Translations under genes and position numbers: made by a program
The notes under the pieces: generated by a model
Told to the model about the DNA's origin: nothing
What the model saw: only the letters and a program-made list of their open reading frames with translations
Database searches by the model: none
In this document: positions 1 through 8,706 of the stretch, piece after piece
Numbering within the stretch: the stretch's first letter is position 1
Layout of the letters: every line of letters begins with the position of its first letter
Assembly: GCA_030688685.1 (NCBI GenBank)
Contig: JAUYJF010000006.1
Span: 120 to 64,119, forward strand
Length of the DNA: 64,000 nt
Direction: 5' to 3'
Origin: Candidatus Yanofskybacteria bacterium
Lineage (GTDB): Bacteria; Patescibacteriota; Minisyncoccia; Minisyncoccales; UBA10102

Positions 1-299
1 CCATAGAGCAGAACAGACCCTCGGAACCTCAGTACAAGCTTTTCGTCAATCGTATCTGGATTGAGATGCTTGGTATTGATCTTCACCTTTCGCTCGCCAA
101 GCCACTCAATATCAGCGCCCATGGATTTTAAAATCTCAAGAAACCGCAGAACATCCTCAATCAGCGGGAGGTTGTCAATAACACAATCCTCCGTTGTGAG
201 AATGGTCGCGGCCAACACGGGAAAAGCCGAGTTCTTGGCCCCCCTTACATCAATAGTCCCAGCAAGCGGCCGGGATCCGGTAATGACAAATCGCTCCAT
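1..299 (-). CDS. murA: UDP-N-acetylglucosamine 1-carboxyvinyltransferase MurA, N-terminal part; gene continues past window start
   Basis: The minus-strand translation from the ATG at 299 reads MERFVITGSRPLAGTIDVRGAKNSAFPVLAATILTTEDCVIDNLPLIEDVLRFLEILKSMGADIEWLGERKVKIN. This is the canonical MurA N-terminus. It is absent from the ORF track because it runs off the edge. Confidence 0.8.
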   Translation of the reverse strand, partial: MERFVITGSRPLAGTIDVRGAKNSAFPVLAATILTTEDCVIDNLPLIEDVLRFLEILKSMGADIEWLGERKVKINTKHLNPDTIDEKLVLRFRGSVLLY

Positions 300-442
300 A
301 GAATATGACTTATAGTATAAGAAACCGACAGGTTTAGCAAACCCTCCTCCTTAACGAAGGACAGTTTTAAAAAGAAGAAGCGCCCGGGCCCGCACAGTGT
401 TGTGCAAACCCAGGCACTTTGGAGCCGAAACCCTTCCTCCAC

Positions 443-649
443 TTACATAAGGAGGACCCTGATGGCAATACGGTCTTTGCCATCAAGCGGGTCTTTGGTC
501 TGGGCAGCCCTCACCTCGTGCTGCCCGCACGAGCATATGAATGTACCCAACCGATACGGATCCACGCAAGAAGGGAGTTCCCCCTCTTCGGCCCATAAGG
601 TCCCTGGAAAATCGTAGTCCACCTCTGACCGGTAAACAACCTGAGGCAT
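443..649 (-). CDS. small Cys-containing hypothetical protein (68 aa)
   Basis: A strong SD (GGAGGTGA) sits 5 nt upstream of the ATG at 649. It lies between a hypothetical gene and murA in the same orientation. It has a CxC plus C pattern and I recognise no family. Confidence 0.4.
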   Translation of the reverse strand: MPQVVYRSEVDYDFPGTLWAEEGELPSCVDPYRLGTFICSCGQHEVRAAQTKDPLDGKDRIAIRVLLM

Positions 650-677
650 CTATCACCTCCATCTTTTTTTGTGAGCG

Positions 678-1544
678 TTAGGCGCGGGCGCGGCGGATGC
701 GATTCACCGTACCCGCGACCTCCCGCATGATTGCCTCTACGAGGAGGCCATCCGGCAGGTCGTGGCCAAACGTTTCAACCGTATGGCCATGCGGCTCCAG
801 GAGCATCCAAAAGGCCTCGTCTTGCGCCATGCCATAGGGCGCACCAGAGGAGACCAGAAGTGACCCAGGAGTAGGATTGCCCTGGAGCCACTCCCGTATC
901 GTATCCTCTGTCGTGGGACGCACGGAAGGACCGCCTGGGATTATCGCTGGCTTCATGGAAGCGTCCACGAAGACAGCTGTGGTACCAAATTCCTGGGGCA
1001 TATCAACGGCTTGCTGCTCCCAGAGCCAGCGCATCATATCCAGCTCGGTCTTGATACCAAGTTCCTCGAAAGAAGCTTGAGGAAGAGGATCATATCCAGG
1101 ATACTCGAGGAGCGCCCATGCCTCCTGAAGATTCTCCCGGTCGGGTCGAAGCAACCGTTTTCCTCCAAAGACGATAGTCTCCTGCCATCGAACTCCATCG
1201 TCCCAGGCAGTCATAAGATCTTGAAGCCGGGCCACCGCCCGAACGAGGAGAGCACCCGGCCAAGCTGCCCGGGCATACCCCTGTTCGGAAGGCGTCGTTT
1301 TCATCCCGAACCCGCAAAGGTTCAGGTGGTAACGAAACCGCTCTGGGGGGCAAGAGATTTCCACTTCCTTGAGCTCCCACCGCTCCAAGGGCTGGCCATC
1401 CGGACCCTTCTGGAAGAAGCGGGCCTGGAGGGCATTATCAATGCTCTGCAGATCGTTTCCGGGCACCCGCACGTCCTGGAGGAACTGTGCAAACGCTTCC
1501 GTTGGTTGATTAACCGAGTCAAAGAGCAAATACGAACGACGCAC
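678..1544 (-). CDS. hypothetical protein (288 aa)
   Basis: Long clean ORF with a GTG start and GAGGTGA just upstream. It is upstream of the small Cys protein and murA in the same orientation. No domain recognised. Confidence 0.55.
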   Translation of the reverse strand: MRRSYLLFDSVNQPTEAFAQFLQDVRVPGNDLQSIDNALQARFFQKGPDGQPLERWELKEVEISCPPERFRYHLNLCGFGMKTTPSEQGYARAAWPGALLVRAVARLQDLMTAWDDGVRWQETIVFGGKRLLRPDRENLQEAWALLEYPGYDPLPQASFEELGIKTELDMMRWLWEQQAVDMPQEFGTTAVFVDASMKPAIIPGGPSVRPTTEDTIREWLQGNPTPGSLLVSSGAPYGMAQDEAFWMLLEPHGHTVETFGHDLPDGLLVEAIMREVAGTVNRIRRARA

Positions 1545-1610
1545 ATCTCACCTCATAGAATACAGATTTGTCCGCTTCGGACTATAAAAATATAACAATA
1601 AAATGGGAAC

Positions 1611-1639
1611 TTGTCAACTTCCCTGTTTTCGTGCATAAT
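1611..1639 (+). promoter_or_regulatory. sigma70-like promoter TTGTCA-N17-CATAAT, apparently giving a leaderless transcript for the PEGA gene
   Basis: TTGTCA at 1611-1616 and CATAAT at 1634-1639 are separated by a 17-nt spacer. The ATG at 1646 is about 7 nt downstream of the -10 and has no SD. Confidence 0.4.
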
Positions 1640-1645
1640 GAACAA

Positions 1646-3037
1646 ATGCAAAAGCGACACCGCACGATTCTTTTTTTTGTTCTGGCCGTTCTCTTTCTGC
1701 TCATAGCCCCCTCGCTTGCCTTGTATTCCCAGGGATACCGCTTTGATTGGAATCAGAGGAAGGTTACGCAAACCGGCGCCTTTTTCTTTAAGGTATCCCC
1801 TACCCGCGTTTCCATTTTCATTGACGGGGAACCGATCAGCGGCACAGACTTCTTTTTTGGCACCACCTTAACCCGCAACTTTCTTCCCGGTCCCTATCAC
1901 ATACGATTGGAAAAAGAGGGATACATCTCTTGGGAAAGAACATTAGAAATTCAGGAGAATGCCGTTACGGAAGCAAAAAATGTTATCCTCTTTCCCGCGG
2001 ATCTTAAATTCCAGGCGCTCCAAGAAGGCATAGAGAAAATGTGGCCGTCCGCTTCAGGTTCAAAGATTGTGTTTTTGGAACAAACCTCCCAAGGAGCGCT
2101 TCAGCTTTCTCTCCTGGACCGGAGCACAAACAGAAAAACAGTCCTCACTGCACCCTTGAGCCGTTCCAGCGAGATTCTGCATGTTCTTTTTGATCCCCAG
2201 GAGGAACGGGTATTATTCCAGGTCGCGGGCCAGGAACAAATCAATACCTTTATTCATCATATCAGCGCTTCCGCCACTCTCTGCGGTCAGCGGGCTTGTT
2301 CTCTTTCTCTTGCCGTAGCTCCCAAAGAAGTTGTGTTTTCGTCTTCACCAAATCGCGTTCTTGTCCTGCGAAACCTCGGGACGATCCAAATTCTCCAAGA
2401 GACAGATTACACAACAGGCCGGGATCTCGCGTATTGGGGAACACATGTTGCGGCTTTTACGGTTTCAGGGCAGAATCTTCTCTGGCTTGAACGTGAGGGC
2501 ACCATGTGGAGCGTCAATCTTGGCCCCCAAGCGTCACCGCAGATGATGCAAACAGCAAAGTTCCCGGTACGGCAGGAAACCTCATACATCCTTTCTGCTG
2601 AGGCGGGAAGAATCTTCTTGCGGGAGGCGGAAAAAGCATACCTCATAAAGAACCAAGAATTCCAAGAGATTGGAAACGGGGTGCGGGATATGCGCGTCAG
2701 CCCAGACGGCCGCAAACTTCTCCTGTCTAATAACTCTGAGATATGGATCCTCATGCTTCAAGACGATGACAGTCAACCGCGAAAGAGAGAGGGAGACAGA
2801 ATATTCATCACCCGCTTGTCAGAGCCCATATCCTTACCTCTTTGGATTACATCTTCCCATCTCATCTTCTCTGTGGGAAATACCATCAAAATAGCGGAAA
2901 CAGATGACCGTGACCGGATTACTCCTCTTGAAATTGCTTCCTTTGTGAACCCTCAGATCTTCTGGAGAGATGGGGAAAGAACTCTTCATGTTCTAAGTGA
3001 AGGAACGCTCTACGCTTCAGAACGCCTTATGAACTAA
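1646..3037 (+). CDS. membrane-anchored PEGA-domain / beta-propeller-like protein
   Basis: An N-terminal TM helix (ILFFVLAVLFLLIAPSLALY) is followed by a PEGA-like segment (FFKVSPTRVSIFIDGEP...GPYHIRLEKEGY). The rest resembles a TolB-like repeat region. The start was chosen at the internal ATG next to the promoter; the ORF track begins at 1568. Confidence 0.65.
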   Translation: MQKRHRTILFFVLAVLFLLIAPSLALYSQGYRFDWNQRKVTQTGAFFFKVSPTRVSIFIDGEPISGTDFFFGTTLTRNFLPGPYHIRLEKEGYISWERTLEIQENAVTEAKNVILFPADLKFQALQEGIEKMWPSASGSKIVFLEQTSQGALQLSLLDRSTNRKTVLTAPLSRSSEILHVLFDPQEERVLFQVAGQEQINTFIHHISASATLCGQRACSLSLAVAPKEVVFSSSPNRVLVLRNLGTIQILQETDYTTGRDLAYWGTHVAAFTVSGQNLLWLEREGTMWSVNLGPQASPQMMQTAKFPVRQETSYILSAEAGRIFLREAEKAYLIKNQEFQEIGNGVRDMRVSPDGRKLLLSNNSEIWILMLQDDDSQPRKREGDRIFITRLSEPISLPLWITSSHLIFSVGNTIKIAETDDRDRITPLEIASFVNPQIFWRDGERTLHVLSEGTLYASERLMN

Positions 3038-3046
3038 GGCGTTCTG

Positions 3047-3310
3047 TCAATTCCCCTCTTTCCACTCAATCCATTTTTGCTGGGGAATACCAGACTGACG
3101 TATAATGGTTTTCAGCGTCTTTGGATGAATGGAACTGTTTCCATGATATTGGACATGCGTTTGTCGCGGCCTTCCTCCATAATGTCCGAGATAATAAAAA
3201 TGACTTCCGCGCGCATGTGTGTGCTGGAAGCCATTTTCCTCTAGAAATTTCACAATATTTTTAAACGTCCAATTCTGTAATCCCCGAGACATATGCCTAC
3301 GCGTTGGCAA
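3047..3310 (-). CDS. hicA: HicA-family mRNA interferase toxin
   Basis: GFQHTHARGSHFYY...IHPKTLKTIIRQSGI matches the HicA pattern GSH...HP...TL..I..Q.G. It overlaps the upstream hicB by 14 nt. Confidence 0.6.
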   Translation of the reverse strand: MPTRRHMSRGLQNWTFKNIVKFLEENGFQHTHARGSHFYYLGHYGGRPRQTHVQYHGNSSIHPKTLKTIIRQSGIPQQKWIEWKEGN

Positions 3311-3626
3311 GCGTCATCCGTCCGGCATTGAGAATGCGCCCAAGATACTTTTGATATTTCTTCCGTAATTTCTCGTCTTGATACTCTGTCCACATGCCCT
3401 CATACTCGGCATCCGGTTTTTGGTTTAAGATGTCGTCACGAACTTTCACTTTTCGTGCCGCTTCAACATACCCTTGCACAGCATTCACAAGCTCAAAAAA
3501 AGCTTCTTGATACGAGCTTGCTTCAACCATGAGATTCAACTCAAGGGCAATACCAAAATACCTCCCGTCTTCATGAAAAATGAGATATCGAGTAGAACCT
3601 TTATCGCGAGTATTCCTGGATTTCAT
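3297..3626 (-). CDS. hicB: HicB-family antitoxin (RNase H-like fold, UPF0150-like)
   Basis: YLIFHEDGRYFGIALELNLMVEASSYQEAFFELVNAVQGYVE matches the HicB N-domain pattern. It is translationally coupled to hicA. Confidence 0.5.
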   Translation of the reverse strand: MKSRNTRDKGSTRYLIFHEDGRYFGIALELNLMVEASSYQEAFFELVNAVQGYVEAARKVKVRDDILNQKPDAEYEGMWTEYQDEKLRKKYQKYLGRILNAGRMTLANA

Positions 3627-3667
3627 GGTTTCATTATTCCACTTCCAGACGTTGCAGTCAACCTTTC

Positions 3668-3700
3668 TCCAAAAGAAAACGAGGCCTTTTGGGGGCCTCG
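3668..3700 (-). terminator. intrinsic terminator downstream of rpsI
   Basis: The GAGGCC/GGCCTC stem (3681-3699) is followed on the minus strand by GTTTTCTTTT. Confidence 0.5.
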
Positions 3701-3707
3701 AGTTCCT

Positions 3708-4136
3708 CTATCTCTTCCGCCACTGTCGCGCGCGTCTTGCTCTCTTGAGCCCTGGTTTCTGGCGTTCTCTGGCGCGAGGATCTCTCTTAAGGAATCCGAG
3801 GGCCTTGAGCTGAGGGCGCGTTTCAGGATTCAGAGAAACAATGGCGCGGGTCAGGCCATGGCGAACCGCTTCTGCCTGCGCGTGTATGCCGGATCCTGAA
3901 ACCTGAACGGAAACATCAAAGGGGGTATCCAGAGCTTGGAGAGCCTGGCGAACAATCTTTTGATCTTGGGTACCCTGGAAATGCGCCTCCATGGTTTTTT
4001 CGTTCACGACAAATTTCTCCTCCTTGCCTTTTTGGATTCTTACCCGGGCAATGGCGGATTTTCTTCTCCCTATTCCCTCCCAGTACTGCGGGGAGTCGGG
4101 AGTCTTTTTCTGCTGTGTGACAGTCGCTTTTGCCAT
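3708..4136 (-). CDS. rpsI: 30S ribosomal protein S9
   Basis: GRRKSAIARV...GGG..GQA.A.RHG.TRA and a C-terminal RRxRxxxKR tail. Confidence 0.95.
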   Translation of the reverse strand: MAKATVTQQKKTPDSPQYWEGIGRRKSAIARVRIQKGKEEKFVVNEKTMEAHFQGTQDQKIVRQALQALDTPFDVSVQVSGSGIHAQAEAVRHGLTRAIVSLNPETRPQLKALGFLKRDPRARERQKPGLKRARRARQWRKR

Positions 4137-4140
4137 AGTG

Positions 4141-4494
4141 CTATGCTTTTATCTTCAGCCGTTTTATCTGCCGGGAACGCAGTTTATTCTTTGGAAGCAT
4201 CCCATATACGGCTATTTTCAAAACTTCAGCGGGGCTCTCTTCAAAAAGCTTTTCCAGTTTCTTTTCCTTGAGCCCGCCCAAATATCCCGTGTGATGATAA
4301 TATGTTTTCTGCTTCAGCTTTCTGCCGGTGAACCGCATCTTGGACGCGTTTTCCACTATCACCTCGTCTTCTCCCTCCTTATAGGGAACAAAATCCGGCT
4401 TCTGCTTGCCTCGAAGAAGCACCGCGATCTGGGTCGCGAGACGACCGGGCGTTTGTCCAGTTGCGTCAATTGTATATGTTTGTTTTTCTGACAT
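4141..4494 (-). CDS. rplM: 50S ribosomal protein L13
   Basis: Typical L13 sequence (GRLATQIAVLLRGK...YHHTGY.GG). Confidence 0.95.
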   Translation of the reverse strand: MSEKQTYTIDATGQTPGRLATQIAVLLRGKQKPDFVPYKEGEDEVIVENASKMRFTGRKLKQKTYYHHTGYLGGLKEKKLEKLFEESPAEVLKIAVYGMLPKNKLRSRQIKRLKIKA

Positions 4495-4498
4495 ACGC

Positions 4499-4849
4499 TT
4501 ATTTTACAAATTCCAAAATCACCATGGGAGCTCCGTCGCTTGGTCTCGCCCCCAGCTTGATGACTCTCGTATACCCTCCTGCTCGCTCTTTATACCGAGG
4601 GGCTATCTCCTCAACAAGCTTCTTTGCGGTTTTTGTGTCGCTTGCTTGAATAAGGTATCTGCGGGCCGCGATATCTCCTCGCTTTGCTCTCGTAACTAAA
4701 CGCTCAACCACACGCACGGTCTCTTTTGCCTTTGCCTCTGTGGTCTGAATACGCTCTTGATCCACAAAAGAACGCGCAAGCCCTTTCAAGAGCGCCAGGC
4801 GCTGATTTCGCGGTCGTCCAAATTTTTTTCCGGTAACTCGCTTGCGCAT
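4499..4849 (-). CDS. rplQ: 50S ribosomal protein L17
   Basis: MRKRVTGKKFGRPRNQRLALLKGLA...GGYTRVIKLG. The start was placed at the internal ATG, 1 nt after the rpoA stop. Confidence 0.9.
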   Translation of the reverse strand: MRKRVTGKKFGRPRNQRLALLKGLARSFVDQERIQTTEAKAKETVRVVERLVTRAKRGDIAARRYLIQASDTKTAKKLVEEIAPRYKERAGGYTRVIKLGARPSDGAPMVILEFVK

Positions 4850-4850
4850 G

Positions 4851-5663
4851 TTATTTCTTTTTTGCTTTCGCGATCTTTGATTTTTTCGTAACGGGCGAAG
4901 CTCTCTTAACGAGAGAAGGTTGCTTCTCTCGTTTCTTCTCAACTGACTTTTTCTGCTCGGCGAGAGGGACTTGCTTTTCCTGCTTTTCTGGGCCCGCGAT
5001 CAAAGAAAAATGGTCGGTAAGAATTTTCGCCGCCTGGTAAAAAGCGACCTCAGGATCCAGGGTGCCGTCAGTCTCTATCTCCAGAATGAGGCGGTCAAAA
5101 TCTGTTCGCTCTCCCACGCGCATATTCTCCACCTTTTGGCTCACGCGGCGAACAGGACTATAGGCGGCATCCAAAAGAATAGTGCCGATTTCCTCTTTCC
5201 CCTTTCTCCGGTGCTCCGCGAGAATATATCCGACTCCCCGCTCAATCTGAAGCTCCATGGAGAATTCTGCCTGCTTGTCGGTAAGGGTGGCTATGTGCTG
5301 ATCAGGATTGGCAAGCTCCAGCTGAGAAGGAAGTTTCAGATCAGAACCCTTCACTTCTTTTTCTCCCTTCACGTGCAAGGTTGCGTGCTGGGGCTCATCT
5401 CCATGAAGGCGAAAACGGAGCTGCTTGATGTTTAGAAGAATGGAAACCACATCTTCATATACGCCCGGAATGGTGGTAAACTCGTGGGTTCCCTGGCCTA
5501 CTCGCACTTGGGTTACCGCGGCTCCCTGCAGTGAGGAAAGAAGAACGCGGCGCATGGAGTTTCCTATGGTAATGCCATATCCCGGATACAGTCCTTCAAC
5601 TTCAAAAACACCTCTCGTGCTCGTTTTCTCTGAAACTTTTGGTACGTTTGGAAAAGGAATCAT
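4851..5663 (-). CDS. rpoA: DNA-directed RNA polymerase alpha subunit, N-terminal domain only, with a Lys-rich tail
   Basis: It matches the alpha N-terminal domain (GYGITIGNSMRRVLLSSLQGAAVT). The last ~45 aa are a low-complexity KKEKQ tail with no recognisable alpha C-terminal domain. Confidence 0.9.
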   Translation of the reverse strand: MIPFPNVPKVSEKTSTRGVFEVEGLYPGYGITIGNSMRRVLLSSLQGAAVTQVRVGQGTHEFTTIPGVYEDVVSILLNIKQLRFRLHGDEPQHATLHVKGEKEVKGSDLKLPSQLELANPDQHIATLTDKQAEFSMELQIERGVGYILAEHRRKGKEEIGTILLDAAYSPVRRVSQKVENMRVGERTDFDRLILEIETDGTLDPEVAFYQAAKILTDHFSLIAGPEKQEKQVPLAEQKKSVEKKREKQPSLVKRASPVTKKSKIAKAKKK

Positions 5664-5665
5664 AA

Positions 5666-6193
5666 TTATCTGGAGTAATATTCTAAAATGAGAGAGATCT
5701 CAACCGACGGGGAAATCTCCTCCAATGTTGGTTCGCCTTTTATGGTTATGGACATTGCTTCAGGATCCAGGATCATCCAGGTGGGAGCTTCATGTTTCTT
5801 AAGGGCGAGTTTCACGTTTTGCATCAATATGGTTTTCTCAGATGAAGGATGCGCCTGAATCACATCCCCTTTCTGTACTTGATAAGAAGGGATGGTCAAG
5901 GGCTTTCCATTTACCAGAAAATGCCGATGGGAAACCATCTGGCGCGCTTGGTTCCGAGTCTGGGCAAATCCCGCGCGATACACAACATTATCCAAGCGCC
6001 GTTCCAGCCGCTGAAGAAAGAGCTCAGCCGCCGTTCCCCCTTTTGTAGCCAATTGCAGCGCCTCCTGCATATAGCGCTTAAACTGGCGCTCCCGTAAATT
6101 ATACTGAGAACGCAGCTCTTGCTTTTCACGCAGCTGCTTTCCGTATTCAGAGAGCTTTCCTCCTCCTCGTTTTCGTACGACTCCTTTTTGCAT
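5666..6193 (-). CDS. rpsD: 30S ribosomal protein S4
   Basis: S4 signature (LERRLDNVVYRAGFA.TR.QARQ.V.H). Confidence 0.95.
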   Translation of the reverse strand: MQKGVVRKRGGGKLSEYGKQLREKQELRSQYNLRERQFKRYMQEALQLATKGGTAAELFLQRLERRLDNVVYRAGFAQTRNQARQMVSHRHFLVNGKPLTIPSYQVQKGDVIQAHPSSEKTILMQNVKLALKKHEAPTWMILDPEAMSITIKGEPTLEEISPSVEISLILEYYSR

Positions 6194-6202
6194 ATATAAG
6201 TA

Positions 6203-6652
6203 TTATACTCGCCGAGGTTTGGGCGGCATGGGACCGTTATGGGGCACAGGGGTAATATCTCGTACGGAAAGAATTTCCATGGGTTTTGCCGCAAACGTGC
6301 GGAGCGCGGAATCTCGCCCAGGTCCGATCCCTTTCACGGAAATAGAAACCTTTCCGATTCCTTTATTTAAAGCGATCTGGGCAATGGCGTCTGCCACCTT
6401 GGAAGCCGCGAATGGCGTGGACTTCCTGGTTCCTTTGAACCCAACAGAGCCCGCGCTTACCTGCGCCACCACGTTTCCTGAGGCATCTGTTACAGATATA
6501 AGCGTGTTGTTATAGCTTGAAGATACATAAATCCTCCCCTCTTTTAGGGCTTTTTTGGAAGAAACAGGAGCAAGATCCGGCTGAACCGTCGCTTCCTTGG
6601 CAACTTCTGGAGTATCCTCCCCGCTTTTTTTTATGATTCGCTTTTTTCCCAT
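6203..6652 (-). CDS. rpsK: 30S ribosomal protein S11
   Basis: S11 core (ASGNVVAQVSAGSVGFKGTRKSTPFAA) with an N-terminal extension. Confidence 0.95.
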   Translation of the reverse strand: MGKKRIIKKSGEDTPEVAKEATVQPDLAPVSSKKALKEGRIYVSSSYNNTLISVTDASGNVVAQVSAGSVGFKGTRKSTPFAASKVADAIAQIALNKGIGKVSISVKGIGPGRDSALRTFAAKPMEILSVRDITPVPHNGPMPPKPRRV

Positions 6653-6661
6653 AGTTCTCTA

Positions 6662-7051
6662 TTAGGTAGGAGATGAGGCTGGCTTGCGGCCCGACCCTAC
6701 GGTCTTGCGCTTATTCCCGCGGACTGTTCGGGAATTAGTGCGTGTACGCTGCCCGCGCACGGGAAGGTTTTTCGCGTGCCGCGTCCCGCGCAATGATCCA
6801 ATCTCCCGCAAACGGCGAACATTCATTAGCAGATCCCGACGGAGCTCTCCCTCAACCTTACAATTTTTCTCAATAGCCTCTTTGATGGCGCTCACCTCTT
6901 GCGCCTTGAGATCCTTTGCTTTTGTCTCGGAATTTACGTTAACCTCTTTTAAGATGCGAATGCTCAAAGAAGGCCCAATTCCGTAGATTGAGGTCAAGGC
7001 AACCCATATTTTTTTTTCGTCTGGAATATTAATTCCTGCGATCCATGCCAT
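6662..7051 (-). CDS. rpsM: 30S ribosomal protein S13
   Basis: MAWIAGINIPDEKKIWVALTSIYGIG. Confidence 0.95.
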   Translation of the reverse strand: MAWIAGINIPDEKKIWVALTSIYGIGPSLSIRILKEVNVNSETKAKDLKAQEVSAIKEAIEKNCKVEGELRRDLLMNVRRLREIGSLRGTRHAKNLPVRGQRTRTNSRTVRGNKRKTVGSGRKPASSPT

Positions 7052-7067
7052 ATAATCAGAAAAGAAG

Positions 7068-7184
7068 CTAGCCTTGCCGCTGCTTATGTTTGGGTGTCAC
7101 TTTGCAAATAATTCGCAAGGCACCCTTTCTTCGCACGACTTTGCAGTCTTTGCATCGTTTTTTTACCGCAGCTCGGACTTTCAT
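7068..7184 (-). CDS. rpmJ: 50S ribosomal protein L36 (38 aa; missing from the ORF track)
   Basis: My manual minus-strand translation reads [38 protein letters not shown] followed by a stop. This is a classic zinc-ribbon L36 sitting between infA and rpsM. Confidence 0.9.
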   Translation of the reverse strand: MKVRAAVKKRCKDCKVVRRKGALRIICKVTPKHKQRQG

Positions 7185-7192
7185 TGGTTCTG

Positions 7193-7420
7193 TTACTTTT
7201 TATCGCGATACACAATTCTCCCTTTTGTCTGGTCATACGGGCTCATTTCTACCGTAACCCGGTCTCCCGGGAGAATGCGAATCCTATGGACAACCAGCTT
7301 GCCAGAAAGATACGCGTGAATTTCTCTCTCGTCATCCAGGCGAACGCGAAAACGAAGGCTGGGAAGTGTTTCAATGACTTCACCGCTCACTCGAAGTTCT
7401 TGTTTGGATTGATCCGCCAT
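7193..7420 (-). CDS. infA: translation initiation factor IF-1
   Basis: S1-like IF-1 sequence (GRIVYRDKK at the C-terminus). Confidence 0.95.
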   Translation of the reverse strand: MADQSKQELRVSGEVIETLPSLRFRVRLDDEREIHAYLSGKLVVHRIRILPGDRVTVEMSPYDQTKGRIVYRDKK

Positions 7421-7443
7421 TCTTGGTTTCCCTGAGTATGGTA

Positions 7444-8706
7444 TCAGAATGGCCGGCTTTCGTCAATATGGAGGTCTACCCGGATGCGATTCTCAGACCC
7501 GGGAACAGATTTTACCCAAAAAGGCCAGAGGGAAACCTTTGCCTGAGCCACCGACAGGTAGTCTGCCAGGATGCGCTCCGCGGCGCTTTCCTGGAGACCC
7601 TGGATCTGCTTCTTGATCTCAACTGGATCCACGGTTTCATAGGCAGTGCCGTGGGCTTCCATTTCCATGATCAGCACTTTTCCTTCTTCCTGCAAGCGGC
7701 CGTTCCCATAGGAAATCATCACCTCCCGCTCCAGTTCCTCATGGTGCAAAAGCCGCGTCCTCAGAAGTTCTGAGGCAAGCTCCTGGAGGTCTTCTAAGCG
7801 AAAGGCGACTCCCCGCACTTCTACCTTTGCAGAATAGTTAAATTCCCCGAGTTCCGCTCCTGGTCGAATGGGAGTTCCGGCCTCCAGAACGTGGAGTGAC
7901 AAAAGATCCGCGTCAAGCGTAAATCCGGCGGGAAGTTCAGCTTCCATGCTTTTATGCGCCTCCCGCTTGAGATCCGCGAGAATGGCATTCCGAGCCTGCT
8001 GAATGTCCTGATCGGTTACCACCGTGATCTGCTCAGTGCTTCCTCCTTTCATGGGTTCAAAGGACCTGGCGTATACCTGGGTATAAAGCGCGGATCCCGC
8101 GAGTCCCGGCAAAGCGAAATTTGATGATCCAATATTGTAACTCTCCCCCGCTTCGGCCGCTACAACCCGCACATCAAGCGTTCCCGGGGTCCCGGACGAG
8201 GCGGCCGCGGGAACAACAACGCGAGTCTCTATGCGAAAAAGTTTGTTATTTTCTGAAAGAAACCTCGTCTGGGCAACAAGCGTCTGGGCCGTTCTTTGGG
8301 TATTATAGACCCGAATGGTTCCCGTGGCGCGAGAACTCGCGCTTGAAAGCCCGAAAGCCGGATAGAGTTTTGTCGCTTGGCGCGATTCTGCAACCGCGTG
8401 TCCGGGAATTGAACGAATGAGCGGCTGAACAGCTTGAGAATCCGCAATAACGGAAACGCTTTCCTCCAGGGACAGTTCCCGAATCTGCGGCCAAACCTGC
8501 ACTTCTGCTTTTGCAAAAAAGAAATGCACCATGCCAAAGCCGCTCAAGAGCAGCAGCCCAAAAAGCATAAACAAGCTCCTTGGAACACGTCTTCCGTTCT
8601 GTTCATCTTCGTTCAAAGCATCTATGCGGAGCGTACGCTGAATGTCTCCCCGCCTGCCTACATGCGGCGGAGCTATGTCTATGATTTTTCTGTTATTTGA
8701 GGGCAT
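7444..8706 (-). CDS. single-pass membrane protein with a large extracytoplasmic domain, possibly PilN/PilO- or FtsQ-like (420 aa)
   Basis: A ~45-aa cytoplasmic N-terminus and one TM helix ([20 protein letters not shown]) precede a long ectodomain. It follows an FtsA/PilM-like ATPase gene. The function call is by position only. Confidence 0.5.
   Translation of the reverse strand: MPSNNRKIIDIAPPHVGRRGDIQRTLRIDALNEDEQNGRRVPRSLFMLFGLLLLSGFGMVHFFFAKAEVQVWPQIRELSLEESVSVIADSQAVQPLIRSIPGHAVAESRQATKLYPAFGLSSASSRATGTIRVYNTQRTAQTLVAQTRFLSENNKLFRIETRVVVPAAASSGTPGTLDVRVVAAEAGESYNIGSSNFALPGLAGSALYTQVYARSFEPMKGGSTEQITVVTDQDIQQARNAILADLKREAHKSMEAELPAGFTLDADLLSLHVLEAGTPIRPGAELGEFNYSAKVEVRGVAFRLEDLQELASELLRTRLLHHEELEREVMISYGNGRLQEEGKVLIMEMEAHGTAYETVDPVEIKKQIQGLQESAAERILADYLSVAQAKVSLWPFWVKSVPGSENRIRVDLHIDESRPF

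Noticed and set aside
402-617. Plus-strand ORF 402..617 and the many antisense ORFs inside ribosomal, ATP synthase and EF genes (for example 8121..8420, 22156..22524, 37083..37298, 58476..58718)
   Set aside because: They lie in antisense or alternative frames of well-supported conserved genes. The protein sequences are low-complexity and no translation signals are present.
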